A program made the position numbers and the translations under genes. 64,000 nucleotides of DNA, taken from Thalia democratica. Its lineage: Eukaryota. The notes below the pieces were generated by a model. That model was not told where the DNA came from. It worked only from the letters and a program-made list of their open reading frames with translations, and did no database searches. The DNA is taken from positions 32,426,001 to 32,490,000 of the forward strand of contig OZ241834.1 in NCBI GenBank assembly GCA_965202585.1, read 5' to 3'. Positions 10,201-22,200 of this stretch are shown in pieces (the first letter of the stretch is position 1; every line of letters starts with the position of its first letter).

Positions 10201-13200
10201 AAAAATGTATGTGTTTTATCACGAACAGTACCAACTTGTATGTAACTAAACTTATTTTTAATTAAAAAACAAACTTTTTTTTGTATCATTATAACAGTAC
10301 CAACTTGTATGCTCTCCATTCTCTTGTCGTGATCGATCGGGATCCTCTGTATGTCCGTCATCAGGCTGCTGTGCTCCTCGTACTGATCTCCGTAATGATC
10401 TTCTTCCATCGATCCGTGCTGCTGCATCGAGCTCCTCATCCGGGCTTCTTGCACCGCTGCCAGCCTGTTGTATAATGTTACAAATTTATAAAGATAAGAA
10501 AAAATTAAATGTATAGTAAAAAAGAAATAATAGTTCTACGGTAATGTGCATGATAGAGTAAATTGCAACTACATGTTTGCTAAATAAAGCTGAATAGAAA
10601 AGATTGAAGAAATATTATAATACTTAGTAGACCATCGTCAATTTCTAGTTAATGAAGTATTATGTATATTACCAAAGTATAATAAAATACCAAGTACTAT
10701 GATTTATGTTATATAAGGTTTTATGTAAAGAAAGCAAATGTTGTTTTTGTTTCCCACATTTTGAACTTTGTAAATAGAAAACAGTTGGCTATAAACAAGC
10801 TTTCAAAAGTAAACAAAGATCCATTGTTAAAATTAATCATTAAAAATCGTTTTTCAAGACATGTGCAAATAAAATCGCTAAATACAGCATAATTAATGTC
10901 ATTTTAACACCATTATGTATTCAATAAGGCTTAACTCAACCATATTTTTATGTAAATATGTATTTTGTGATGTAAATGACTTTTTTGAACAAAAAAGTAA
11001 ACATATTGTATTAAAACAGGTCTAAAGCTGGATGTGTTAAAAAGTCATTAGTAAGAGTTTGTAGTATATAAAAACTAAGATATTTTTTATAATCTGTTTA
11101 CTAGCTGCTATAGTTGATTAAAGTCTTAAATCTTTTTAGTATTAAAATAGCTTACAAAATTTAATTCTCTGTAATTAAAAGAAGCATCTACAACATTCTG
11201 TTAAAGCAAGTCTAATGACACTTGAATACAAATTAAAAAAAAAAGACTTTCATTTTAATCTTGAAACTGTTTGTGTTACAAATTTCATTTGAGTTATGTA
11301 TAAGCTAAAAATTTCTACTTTGATATCACTTAACAGAACATTAGCGTGTTGTTTGCATTAATTAAACGGTATATAACTAAATTTTAATAAAAACAAACTG
11401 ACTTTATTTGTGTTAAAGTTTTTAAATGTAAATCGTTTGAAAAAAATCTCAAAACTATATGTGTTGTTTTTATATATAAGTGTTTTCATCTTTAACCTTT
11501 ACATTAATGTATGAATGAGATCAAAGAGTAAAAAGCAGCAACTTAAAGCTTAGTCAAGTGTAAAAAAAAAATAAAAAGCTCTTAAAAACAAAAACTCTCT
11601 GAGAAAGTGTGCTCTTAATGTTTTATTTTTAAAACATTTTCAAACATCGGGCGGGAAGCCTGTTTTTTCATCAACGTAGACTATGTACTTTAAAATAAAA
11701 GTACTTTACTTGGAATAAAAAAATTACAGTTTGTTAAGGTCAATGTCAAACGTGAAAAAAGCTAAGACTTGAGCTAATACGCTTTTTAAAGTCTGTTAAA
11801 AAAAGAACATAGTTTTTTGTAAGGTTATACAGGTGTTGGTTAAAATTAGTTCTGGAAATGTTTTGGTCAAGACAAAACAGTTTTAACTTTAACATGAAGG
11901 TCTCGCGCGTGAAGTTAGAAAAAAAAATTTTCCAAAAAGCACGATCAAGCAGAAACAAAAAAAAAACACAACTTTATTTTTATAGAAAAATTAAAAAACT
12001 TCAATAAAACTAGCTGTTTTAAAACCTAACCAAACGAAAAGTATTAAAAACTATTAAGCTGCAGTCTTTATTTTACAGTCTAATTTAAATAACCTATTAT
12101 TAAATCTTATTTTCCAGTGTGAAAAATTTCAATTAAGTATTATAACAAATAACTTTTTCAGTGTGAAAAATTTTAATTAAACATAATAATTAAATAACTT
12201 TTTCAGTGTGAAAAAATTAAAAAAACTTTAATAAATTTTTTTCAAACTTTTTCAGCGTGAACAGGGTGGCGGTGAGCTGCTGGCACCTCTTCAGCTGCTT
12301 CTCCAACCTGATTGGCTCGTTTTCCACGAAGTCGAACTCGGACCTGATCACTTCCGACTCGCTCATCGCCACCGACTTTATCTCGTTCGAAAGCGATGGG
12401 AATCCGTCTGTTGAAAAATAACTTTGACTTTCATTCTGAGCATTACTATAAACTAAACTCCTTATATTTTAATTTGTATGCTTAACAGCTGTTAAATTTC
12501 AAAAATAACTTAAATTCAAAGTATTTGAAACTTTTTTTATTATTTAACATTGCTTTTACAAAGTTTTTACAGAGTGCTATATGTTTTAATTACAAAATTT
12601 ATATGCTTTTTTTGAATCAATCTTAAAAAGCGGATTGTGCATTGTAATTTAGAATTTACTTAAAACACATGGATTTGTTATATTTTGAAAAAATGTTAGA
12701 GTGTGAAATGTTTACTTTCATTCTGAGCATTACTATAAACTTGACTGAAAAATTTCTAGGCTTGTTTTTGAATCAACTTTAAGAAGCAGAATGTACAATG
12801 CGTGCGCTTGTTTTGGAATTTACAAAAAACACATGGACGTGTTAAACTTTATAAAATCAATTAAATGCAATATTTATTTATTAACATAGTCTGTTTATTT
12901 AATTGAAAATGTTTTATAAACTTTTTGAAGCAGCTAAACTTTTGAAAAGTTTTAAATTCAAAATTCCAGACTTATGAGTGTCTAATTTTTAAAACCATAA
13001 ATTATTTAAATACTGTTACACTATCATAATTTGATTAAAGCAGTAACATTGTTTATTTAGGACTTTTTAGTTGAATCGTTTGTTTAGGATGAAAAAACTT
13101 TTTAGTTTCAAAAAAAAAACCCTCTAATCTCAATTTTTATGACGTTTGCAGAGCCACTAAAAGTTCATTAAATGAAATGTAAATCTACAAACAATTCATT

Positions 13201-16200
13201 AAATAAAATGTAAATCTACAAACAATTCATTAAATAAAATGTAAATATACAAACAATTCATTGAATCAAATTTAAATATGCAAAATATTATTGAATCAAA
13301 TATAACAAACAGTTCATTAAATAAAATGTAAATATACAAATATTTCATTGATTAAATGTAAATTTAAAACATTTCATTAAATCAAATCAAATGTAAATAT
13401 ACAAACATTTCATCGATGCGATGCTTCTTCCGGCTTGACTCAGTTGCCTCACAAGACCTTCCACTTCCTTTGAGCTCACTCGACACCTGTAAGTGTTTGC
13501 ACTATTAAAAAACATCAACATGAAAAAGTATGCAAAAAAAATTTCCCGAGCAATACGCGAGTTTATTGAAAAAGCATAGAAAAACCATGGCGTTTTAACA
13601 ACTTATAATACTCGAGCTAAAATAGACTTATTAAAAGTTCATATAGTTTTTAGCTTGCACGAAAGTCTATTTTTAGCTTTTGAAAAGTTTAAATAATTTT
13701 CAGTTTTTGTAAATTTAAGCTGTTGTTATTAATACTTCAAAGCGTACATAAGTTTATTGAAAGTTGACATACAAAAACCTATGTTATTTAGTTAAGAATA
13801 AAATAAAAATTTAAAAATGAACTTTATAGATTAGAATGAAAATCTTAAAAACAGAGTTGAACTCAATTTATATAGGGTTAAATGTTTAAAAAAAAAGTGT
13901 TAAGTTTATTCGAAACAAGATTATAAGTTCATGCACTCAAAAACAAAAAACAGATTAATTCTTGATATATTGATATTATAAGAATACATATAAAATCATA
14001 TAATTCATGAACGTCAAAATGTTTTCTTTGAATGTCAAAATGTTTTTTAACAGTAAATTTGACTTATCATGTTTGTCTGTAAAGTGAATTTTTGTGTAGA
14101 CTGGCTTTATTTTTATTTGAAAGTGCAATAAGAGTATTAAAAAGTTTTATAAATACTCCATATTTTAGGTAAAAACAATTTAAAATAACACCACCCTGCT
14201 AATTCAACTTGGATAACGTTTTGTAGCATGGAAACAGCTTTTGAAACGTTAGAGCAGAAAATAATTGATCGATTTAAACCGGCTGAGCATATTTTCTGTT
14301 TTCAAAAGAATTTCCGCTCTGATACGTCATAAAACAATTATTTGCTTCCGCTTGAATTCGTGACAAAACTACTTCCTACCTACTACATCACAAGTAGCTT
14401 TTTATTTATACTACGTCACAAATCCACTAACTTAAACGTGACGTCGCACTAAAGCGGCTTAAAATGATGCGATATTAGTTTTAATTAATTTAATTTTCTA
14501 CTACTTCGCAACATCATTACTTAACAAAACAAAACTACGTCACAACCACAACTTTGTTAATTCACAAAACAGGCTTACTAGTTCTCAGCAACCAATGCCA
14601 ATTGAATTGAACAAAATTAGAAACAACCCCACAACACTATTACGTCACAACACTAACTTCCTGTCGATGACGTCATGACGCATTTCCTCCACCGCAGCCT
14701 CTATCTCGCTCAGCTTATTCTCGCTGTTGGCCGCCTTTTTGCCGTACTCGTGCCTCGAACTGTCCAGGTTCAACCTCCTCCTCCGCAGCGGCCGGTAGGT
14801 GGCGTACTTGCGGTTTATGACGTCACAGATGGCTTTCTGGTTGAGCTCGATCAACCGGTTCATCTCGGCCATGTTGGTTTGCTGTGAAAATTATTTTTAT
14901 TATACTCCTTCACTTTTGTTAATTATTAAATTAAATTAATATTTTAGTCACATAATACTTTTTGTGTTTGTATCAAGTTTAAAACAACTTTGTTTTATAA
15001 GTTTTAAGTTTGTATGAAATTTGTTGTGAAAAAGTAATTTTGTAAAAACATTTAAAAATAATTTAACACTAGTGTTTGTTAGTTTATGAATAAAATTTTC
15101 TAAAAGTTTTGACGTCTTAATGCAAAAGGAATTACTATTTAATAATTCTACAGTCATTTAATCTATTGCTGACATTCAAAAAACACATTAACTATTGAAA
15201 GTTTATTTATATTAAAACAAGTTTTATCAGTGACTTTTTATTATTATATAACTTCCACCTCTTAAAATAGTAATTTGGCAAAAACCTCAATTCATCTACA
15301 ATGAAAACCGCAAAAAGTCTGCAAATTAAATCTTTTTTGTGCCCTTAAAGATACATAAAAAGCCTCTATTGTTAGCTGTTTTTTCTCAGACAGAACTTTT
15401 GTTGAACGCCAAAAGTTTCTCACTGTTTTAATTGTGGCTAAAACAAACTTTTCTTTTTCTGTTAAAACATTTTTATTTTTAAACCAAATACAGATATAAC
15501 GAGCGCAAATGATCTAATTAATGGCAAAAGCTTTGAATATAATTACCTCGCTAAATTGAACGTGGATTTTTGCGGGAATTCAATATTCAAAAAAGTTTGA
15601 AATTTTCGCGCGCTAGCGAAAATATTTGCCTCTAAAACAACACGAAATTGTTGGATTAGAGCCGCGTAATTGGATGATATAGAATATAAAAGGAAGTGCA
15701 CCTCACTTTTAAACCACTCTTTTTTACTTTTTTATTCAAATTTAACTAACTTGCTGCTCCTTAAGGTTTTCGCATTCAGTTCTTAATACTTTCGCGACCA
15801 TGTTCACTTGCTTAAGCTGCTCTTTGTACCAGTTTATTGTCGCTTTGTCCTCTTTAATTGGCGTTTTTTGCTCATTTGTTTGCTGTAACAAAAACTAATT
15901 AGATACAATTAAAATAAAAAGAGTACTTTTTGTTTGATCAATTTTGACAACATTTTGTTAAACTAGCATTAATAAATTGCAAAAAGTCTTTATTTTTTTT
16001 TTCACAAATAACTTAAAGTAATTTAAAAAATTTAAGTTTATTTAAAATTATTAAAAAGGTAATAAATTTGTTTCAATCAAATACAAACACCGCCTTGAGT
16101 TTTTAGAACAAAAGTTAAAAGTTTTTTGATGAAACGGGTATTGCATAATTTCTGTAATTGATTTGTTTTAAGTGGTCAATTAAAAGCTAATTCAAATACT

Positions 16201-19200
16201 CAATCAAAAGGTTTTATAAACAGTTGCTGATTATTTATCTACATATAGTTTATAAAAACAGTATTCGCGGTTCCTTTTTAATTAAAAAGCTTTTCAATCA
16301 TTTAAAATGTTTTATAATCATTTCTGTTTTATAAAAACAAACTATTGTTGTTATTCAAAAAGAACTGATTTAAAGTAAAAATTTTAAAGCTATTGTTGTA
16401 AATTAAAAAGAACTGCTTTAAAGTAAGAATTTTAAAGCTATTGTTGTTATTCAAAAAGAACTGTTTTAAAGTACAAGTTGTTACTTTTTTGTTTTTATAC
16501 AAATCATAAATACAACTTCATAGTAATTTTACCTGATTTTTAACTTTAGTTTCTTTTTCAATTGTTACATTTGGTTGGTTAACTTCAAATGAGTCAGGAC
16601 AATTATCACTGCTGTTTATCGACTCAAGACTGTTACAACTGTCCATTTCGATTTTGTCCTGAAACATACTCTAAATGAATAACAAATTTTATGCTTAATT
16701 AAATTTAACGTTAAAGTCCACTGAAAGCTTAAAAAAAAACAATGAAGATAAATTGCTTACTTTTTAAGAAAAATTAGAAAAAAATATTTAGAACAAACAA
16801 ACCTTTTTATTCACAGTCAGCAAGTTTTGGTTTATGTTGTCCTGCTGATGCAAGTTTTTGTTTACAGCCAAATCCATTTTTGTAACAACATCTTCGTTTT
16901 TGACGACGTCAACATCTTTAATGACGTCACTGTTCTTTATGACGTCAACGTTCTTTATGATGCAGCACTCGTAGTAGGGAGGGCTCTTGTAGGTCTCTAC
17001 CTTCTCATCTTTGACCTCTTCCGACACCGGGACCAGCTTGATCCGGGTCCCGTCTTCCTCCCTGTAGACGTGGTCCCTTTTATGAATCTCTTCCCTTGGT
17101 TCATCGTGATGTTCGCGAACTTCGAACGTCTTCTCGGCGGGGGACTTCCCCTTCTCGAGACCGTTGTTGTACGTCTGCACGTTTCCGTCCTGGAAGATCA
17201 GAACGTCGTTTTGGAAGGAGACCCGCTTGGAAGGCCTGTGGTTGGACGAGGTGCTGAACTCCGACATCGAAGAGTTTGATGAAGAGCTTTAACAATAAAA
17301 TACATATTTAAGCATACTGTTAGTTGCAATCATAGGTAAAAACAAGTGCAAAATACTTTCATTAAAACTGTTGTAAGTTTTTAAAAGTACATGTTGTTGC
17401 AACTCAAGCTGTGGTACAATTAATAAGTAAGCGTGTAAACAATTTAAAAAATCCGAAATTTATAGTTCTTATAGAAATTATATGCACAAATAAAGTCGAA
17501 TCATTGTAATTCTATTACAAACTTTTATTTTTATGTTAAAAAAATACAACGTTATTACATATTATCCCAAACAAAACATGAAAATTGATCACCAACCTTT
17601 TTATTGAGCTTTTCAGCACTCCCATGAGCAACGGAGCAGATGCGTTGCTTGGAAATGAAGTGGGAACCGGTTTCGGGGCGCCGAACTGTTTGTTTTCAAA
17701 ATTAGTGGCCAAGTTGCCCATCACCAGAGAGCTAACAAGACTGCTTTTCGGTATGAGGGCTTTCTTGGCGTGGAGGGGTGAAAGGTTGGTGGTTATTACG
17801 GTGTTTTTCAGTTCGATGTTGAGGGGTCTGTGAACTTCGTTGAGCTTAGCATCCTCAATATTTTCAATTTTTACTTCTTCGTTTTGTTTGTCTTCAAAGA
17901 CACTTTCGTTGTGGTCAGTGTCGTCAAAATGTTCTTTGACTCCGCCCATGTTGAAACCGGTTAATTTCGGTGAACCTATGTGCTCACGGTTGTTGTAGGG
18001 CACGCTCGCATTGCTTTCATTAAAAGATCGTGACGAGTTTACACTGCCGTTTACAGCCAAAGGTTCAGGAGAGTTCAAAACAGCTTCTTCCACTCTATCC
18101 ACTTCTTCAAAACCGGGCTTCGAAGGCAAGTTTTTCTTCGACGAAGCCTTGTCGTTCTTGCTGGAGCTCAGAGACGACTTCAAGCTCGACCTGACTCCGG
18201 CCAGCCTTTTAAACCCGAACAGCTTGCTCGTCTTCTTCGCGGGTTTGTCGCTTTTTGACGCGCTGCTTTGGTCGGGTTTCGGTTTTTCCACCGCTGAAGC
18301 ATTCGTAACAGCATTTGTTTTATTTAAACTAGTTTTTGCCGTCGTTTTGCTCCCAAAACCGCTCTTGCCCACCTCCCTGGGTTTGTCTTCTTTCGGCGGC
18401 ACCTGCGGGATCATCACCGGCTTCAGTCGCTGGATGCCCTTCGCCGACCTGCCGGTGCCCCGGTTGATCGTCGCCCTCTTCTCCCCACCCTCTCTCTGTC
18501 CGGCAGAGAGGTCGTTGTTGGAGGAGACGGCAGAGGACGAGGGTGAAGGGATGGTCGTTGATTTCTTCAACAACCGCGTGGTGGCGCTGCGCAGTTTCGA
18601 CGTGGGGTTTTTCCCCTTTTTTTCTGCGGACAGCGCCGGTTTTGGCTTTTCCAGGTTGCTCTTGGGCTTGACGAAAGGTTTATTCTTGCCCAGGTTGGAG
18701 CGCGGAGACATTATTCTCGACGTGGGAAGCTTCAACGACGGAACGTTTTCGTCAAAAGCCTTGTCCTCCTCAAAGACCTCCTCCTCTTCGGCGATGCAGT
18801 CGTAAGAAGCGGGCGAGTTCAGGTTGGTCCTGGGCTGCAGCAGACCCGACGGCTTGAAGTTGCTCTGCTTCACCTGCGAGTAGGAAGGAACGTTGGACTT
18901 GTTCTCCATGGCGCTCGTCAGAGACGCCCTGTTTGCGCTCCTGCTCGGCTCGCTCCGCCTGCCCACCCCCGCCGTCTTCGGCCTCGGCAACGAGTTGTAG
19001 CTCAGCCTCGATTTGCCGGCCTCCTTGTTGTTGTTGTTGTTCGAGGTCGCTGCGGGGGATTTTACGCGGGGGTTTTGCAGGACCTTTTTGGCGCCCACCG
19101 ACGAGGGTTTCAGCAGCTTGTTCTGCTTCGGTTTCTGGAGCTTCGTCTGGGGCTGCTTGACACCTGTTGCTGGTGTTGGTATCGACTTCTTCGCTCCTGG

Positions 19201-22200
19201 CTGGGGGATGCCTGAGTTGACTTTCTTCTTCAGTTTCAGCACTGAACCGTTGCTAATCCGGCTGTAAAAATATTTAATTTTGTGTTTATGTATAAAATAA
19301 AAATAGTTTTAATACTATTTTGACTGAAAATATAAACTTGACATGAGAAATACTTATTCCTTAATAATTTTGAAATTATGTTCAATTTTTTACTTTTGGT
19401 TAGAAAAGCTGACACACGATAGTTTAATTTCAACAAATCTTGCTGAATTAAATAAATTCGAGTGTAAAGTTACACATAAGCCAATAAAGTCCGATTTTTG
19501 ACTGATGTGTTTTTCAGTATATACAAAGACATAAGTTCTAATAAACACTCTTGAGTGTAAAAGGCTCAAATAACAATAAAATAGTGTATTGTTTGGTAAG
19601 GTACATATACTGCTTGTCAATAGAGCTTTTTATAGTAAATAACAGAATAATGCAATGTTTTTGGTAAAGTGATATAAAAGCTTTTAGTTTGTGTAAAGAC
19701 ACTTATCTTTGTTTATATTAAACATAAAAGTTTATTAATATAGGCTGATATAAAAGCAGATAAAATCTAGATACAGATCATAATAATACGAGTTAAAAAT
19801 GTATTTTTATTATATACAATCTGTTTAATTTACTTCTACAAAGCGTAACACAATAGGTTTGCTATTCAGATCGTTTATTTCTGTTATCACTTGAACTACT
19901 TAAAAAGTTGTAAATCATAACACTCAAAAGTTATTTAATATATAAGTCTTAAAACTTTTCTTATCTCTAAAACGACGTTGTAATATTCAATAACTTATGC
20001 AATACAACTTATGGAAGGTTTTCTTAAATATCTTTTTTAAATCTTAAATCATTTTAATGTTAAACTAAAGTAATTCAAATGTTATTTTCTAAAATACAAA
20101 ACATTAGTTTATTAGTATATAATAAAGATCATACACCATCAGTATGGTTGTCAACAGTGGTTTATACTTAAACTTCTGTAAACATCTTACAAAACAGTAT
20201 ATATTTTCGTCTAAAATTTTTACTAGACGTTATGAAGAAGTAGCAACAAAATTGATAGTGTTTAACTACAAAATTCCAAAAAAAATTAATATTTCCAACC
20301 TTAAAACTTCTTTCAACACTAGAGTTATTAAGAAGTTTTAAAACCGCAAACAAGTAGATTAATAAAGCTACAACTGTGGTAGAAGATTATTTTAAGACAA
20401 GTTTAAAAAGCTTGTGATCAGGCCAATACCATACGAATATTTTTAGAAAATAGTATTTAAATTTTAAAACCGCATTTAAAAAAGATAAAAGAGATTATTC
20501 ATAAACGGCAAACTCAAACTGCTTGAGTAGAAAATATAAAGACACAGTGTATGTTGTGCATTTAGAATAGCTTCTTTTTTTTAATGTTGTAATGCTTCAA
20601 TTTTCAAAAACCACTAATCAACAAAAGTACTTAAGCATTTAAAAAGCATGAAAATAACAGTTAATCCAGTTTAAAATTCACTCTACCAACAGAGCTAAAA
20701 TTTTTCAGAATTTTATCAAAAAATAGTTTTGCTCAAGTAATTTGTTGTAATTTGTTGTACAAAAACTAATTAAAATAAGATCTGAAATTGTGAAAAAGAA
20801 GTCACTAACCTGACGTTTTCCACTGGCTCGAAGCTGCCATTGTTGCGGTTCTTCAGCAATATGCTGTGCCTCTGCGGTTCCAACATGGGCATGGTCAACA
20901 GTCCCTGGTACGATTGGACGAACAAGGCCCTTATGGTGTCCAAGCTTGTCAGTTCGTTTGGCAGTAAGGCCGCTTTCAGTTGGTCCAAGTATTCCAAGTG
21001 GACCACTCCTGATTGGTGGGAATTTTAATTTAAAATTAACGGCTGGTTAAGCTATAAAAAATACATGTTGATCTATTTTAGTTTACTTACAATCAAAACA
21101 ATTATATACAAGTTTGTTTAGTCTCATTGACAACATATAAAAACATTTTTTATTACAATTTCTAGACACATTCTTACAGTTATAGCGTTGCTTTTTTTTT
21201 GGTATTTCGATTTATCATTCTAAAACTACTTTGGTTACAGCCTAATTTAAACTTGACTTGCAAATTAAAATAACCTGCCACCGTATTTTCAAACGACCTC
21301 TCACAGTCAAAAACAAAACAACTGAAACCCTTCGGGCGTCAAAACAAAGCGAACATAAACAAAAGTCTGATATCCGTGTGAGATTTTCTTGCTACAACAT
21401 CACCTTGTTGTTTTCGACCAAAATGTCAGTTCGTTAACGAACGTGATCTTATTTGAGGTATTTGACATTCTTTTCAGCTGCAAGCTTCTTCGCACTTGCG
21501 TGTGTGGCTACTATGTGAAAAGGCAGTAAAAAGTTTACGACTTTGCAGACAAAAAGCTGACCTGAAACGAGCGCTAAGTTTAAATTGAAACTTTGCATAA
21601 CCCTTTAGCCCCTTTAATGTTATAAAAGCAAGGTTTGTGTTTTATGTTGGCTTTGAAGTGCCTTTGTGTTGGATGTTGTACAAAGCCGGATTGTCCTTAC
21701 GTAAAAACTTTTATGATTACAACAATTACGTTTCAGCGCGCTTGTTCAGCTTTCGAACGTTTTCATAATTGCTCTCAACAACTTTTTTACATTTTTTATG
21801 AAACCGCCAATTTTGACAGTTGTTTTATGATATTTATTTATTTTTTTATTTAAAAAAAAAACTCAAATTATTCTTTTTAATTTAGCAACTGTTACAATAA
21901 GCGGAAGTCAAATTTTCTAAGAAATACATATCATAAGTATGTTTGTCAAAAATAATTAATATTATAAACTTTTATGACTTTGTTATAACACAATATTTCA
22001 GCAAAAAATAAAGTTTAAAATAATGCAAAAAGGAAGTGAAAAATATTTATTTTCAACTTAAAACATAACCGAAAAAGGTTATTAAAATATTACTAGGGGG
22101 AGGGTGTAATTTGTTACCATTATAATCCTCGAAGGTCAAGTTAATTAATAAACATCAGAAGCAAAGACAGAAGGTTGTTTACAATCAGGCCTAAAATCTA

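Noticed and set aside
16827-19267. + strand ORFs 16827-17279, 17585-17833, 18011-18805, 18933-19160 and 19013-19267
   Set aside because: Antisense to SRCIN1-like exons; long shadow ORFs are expected opposite K/S-rich GC-rich coding DNA.
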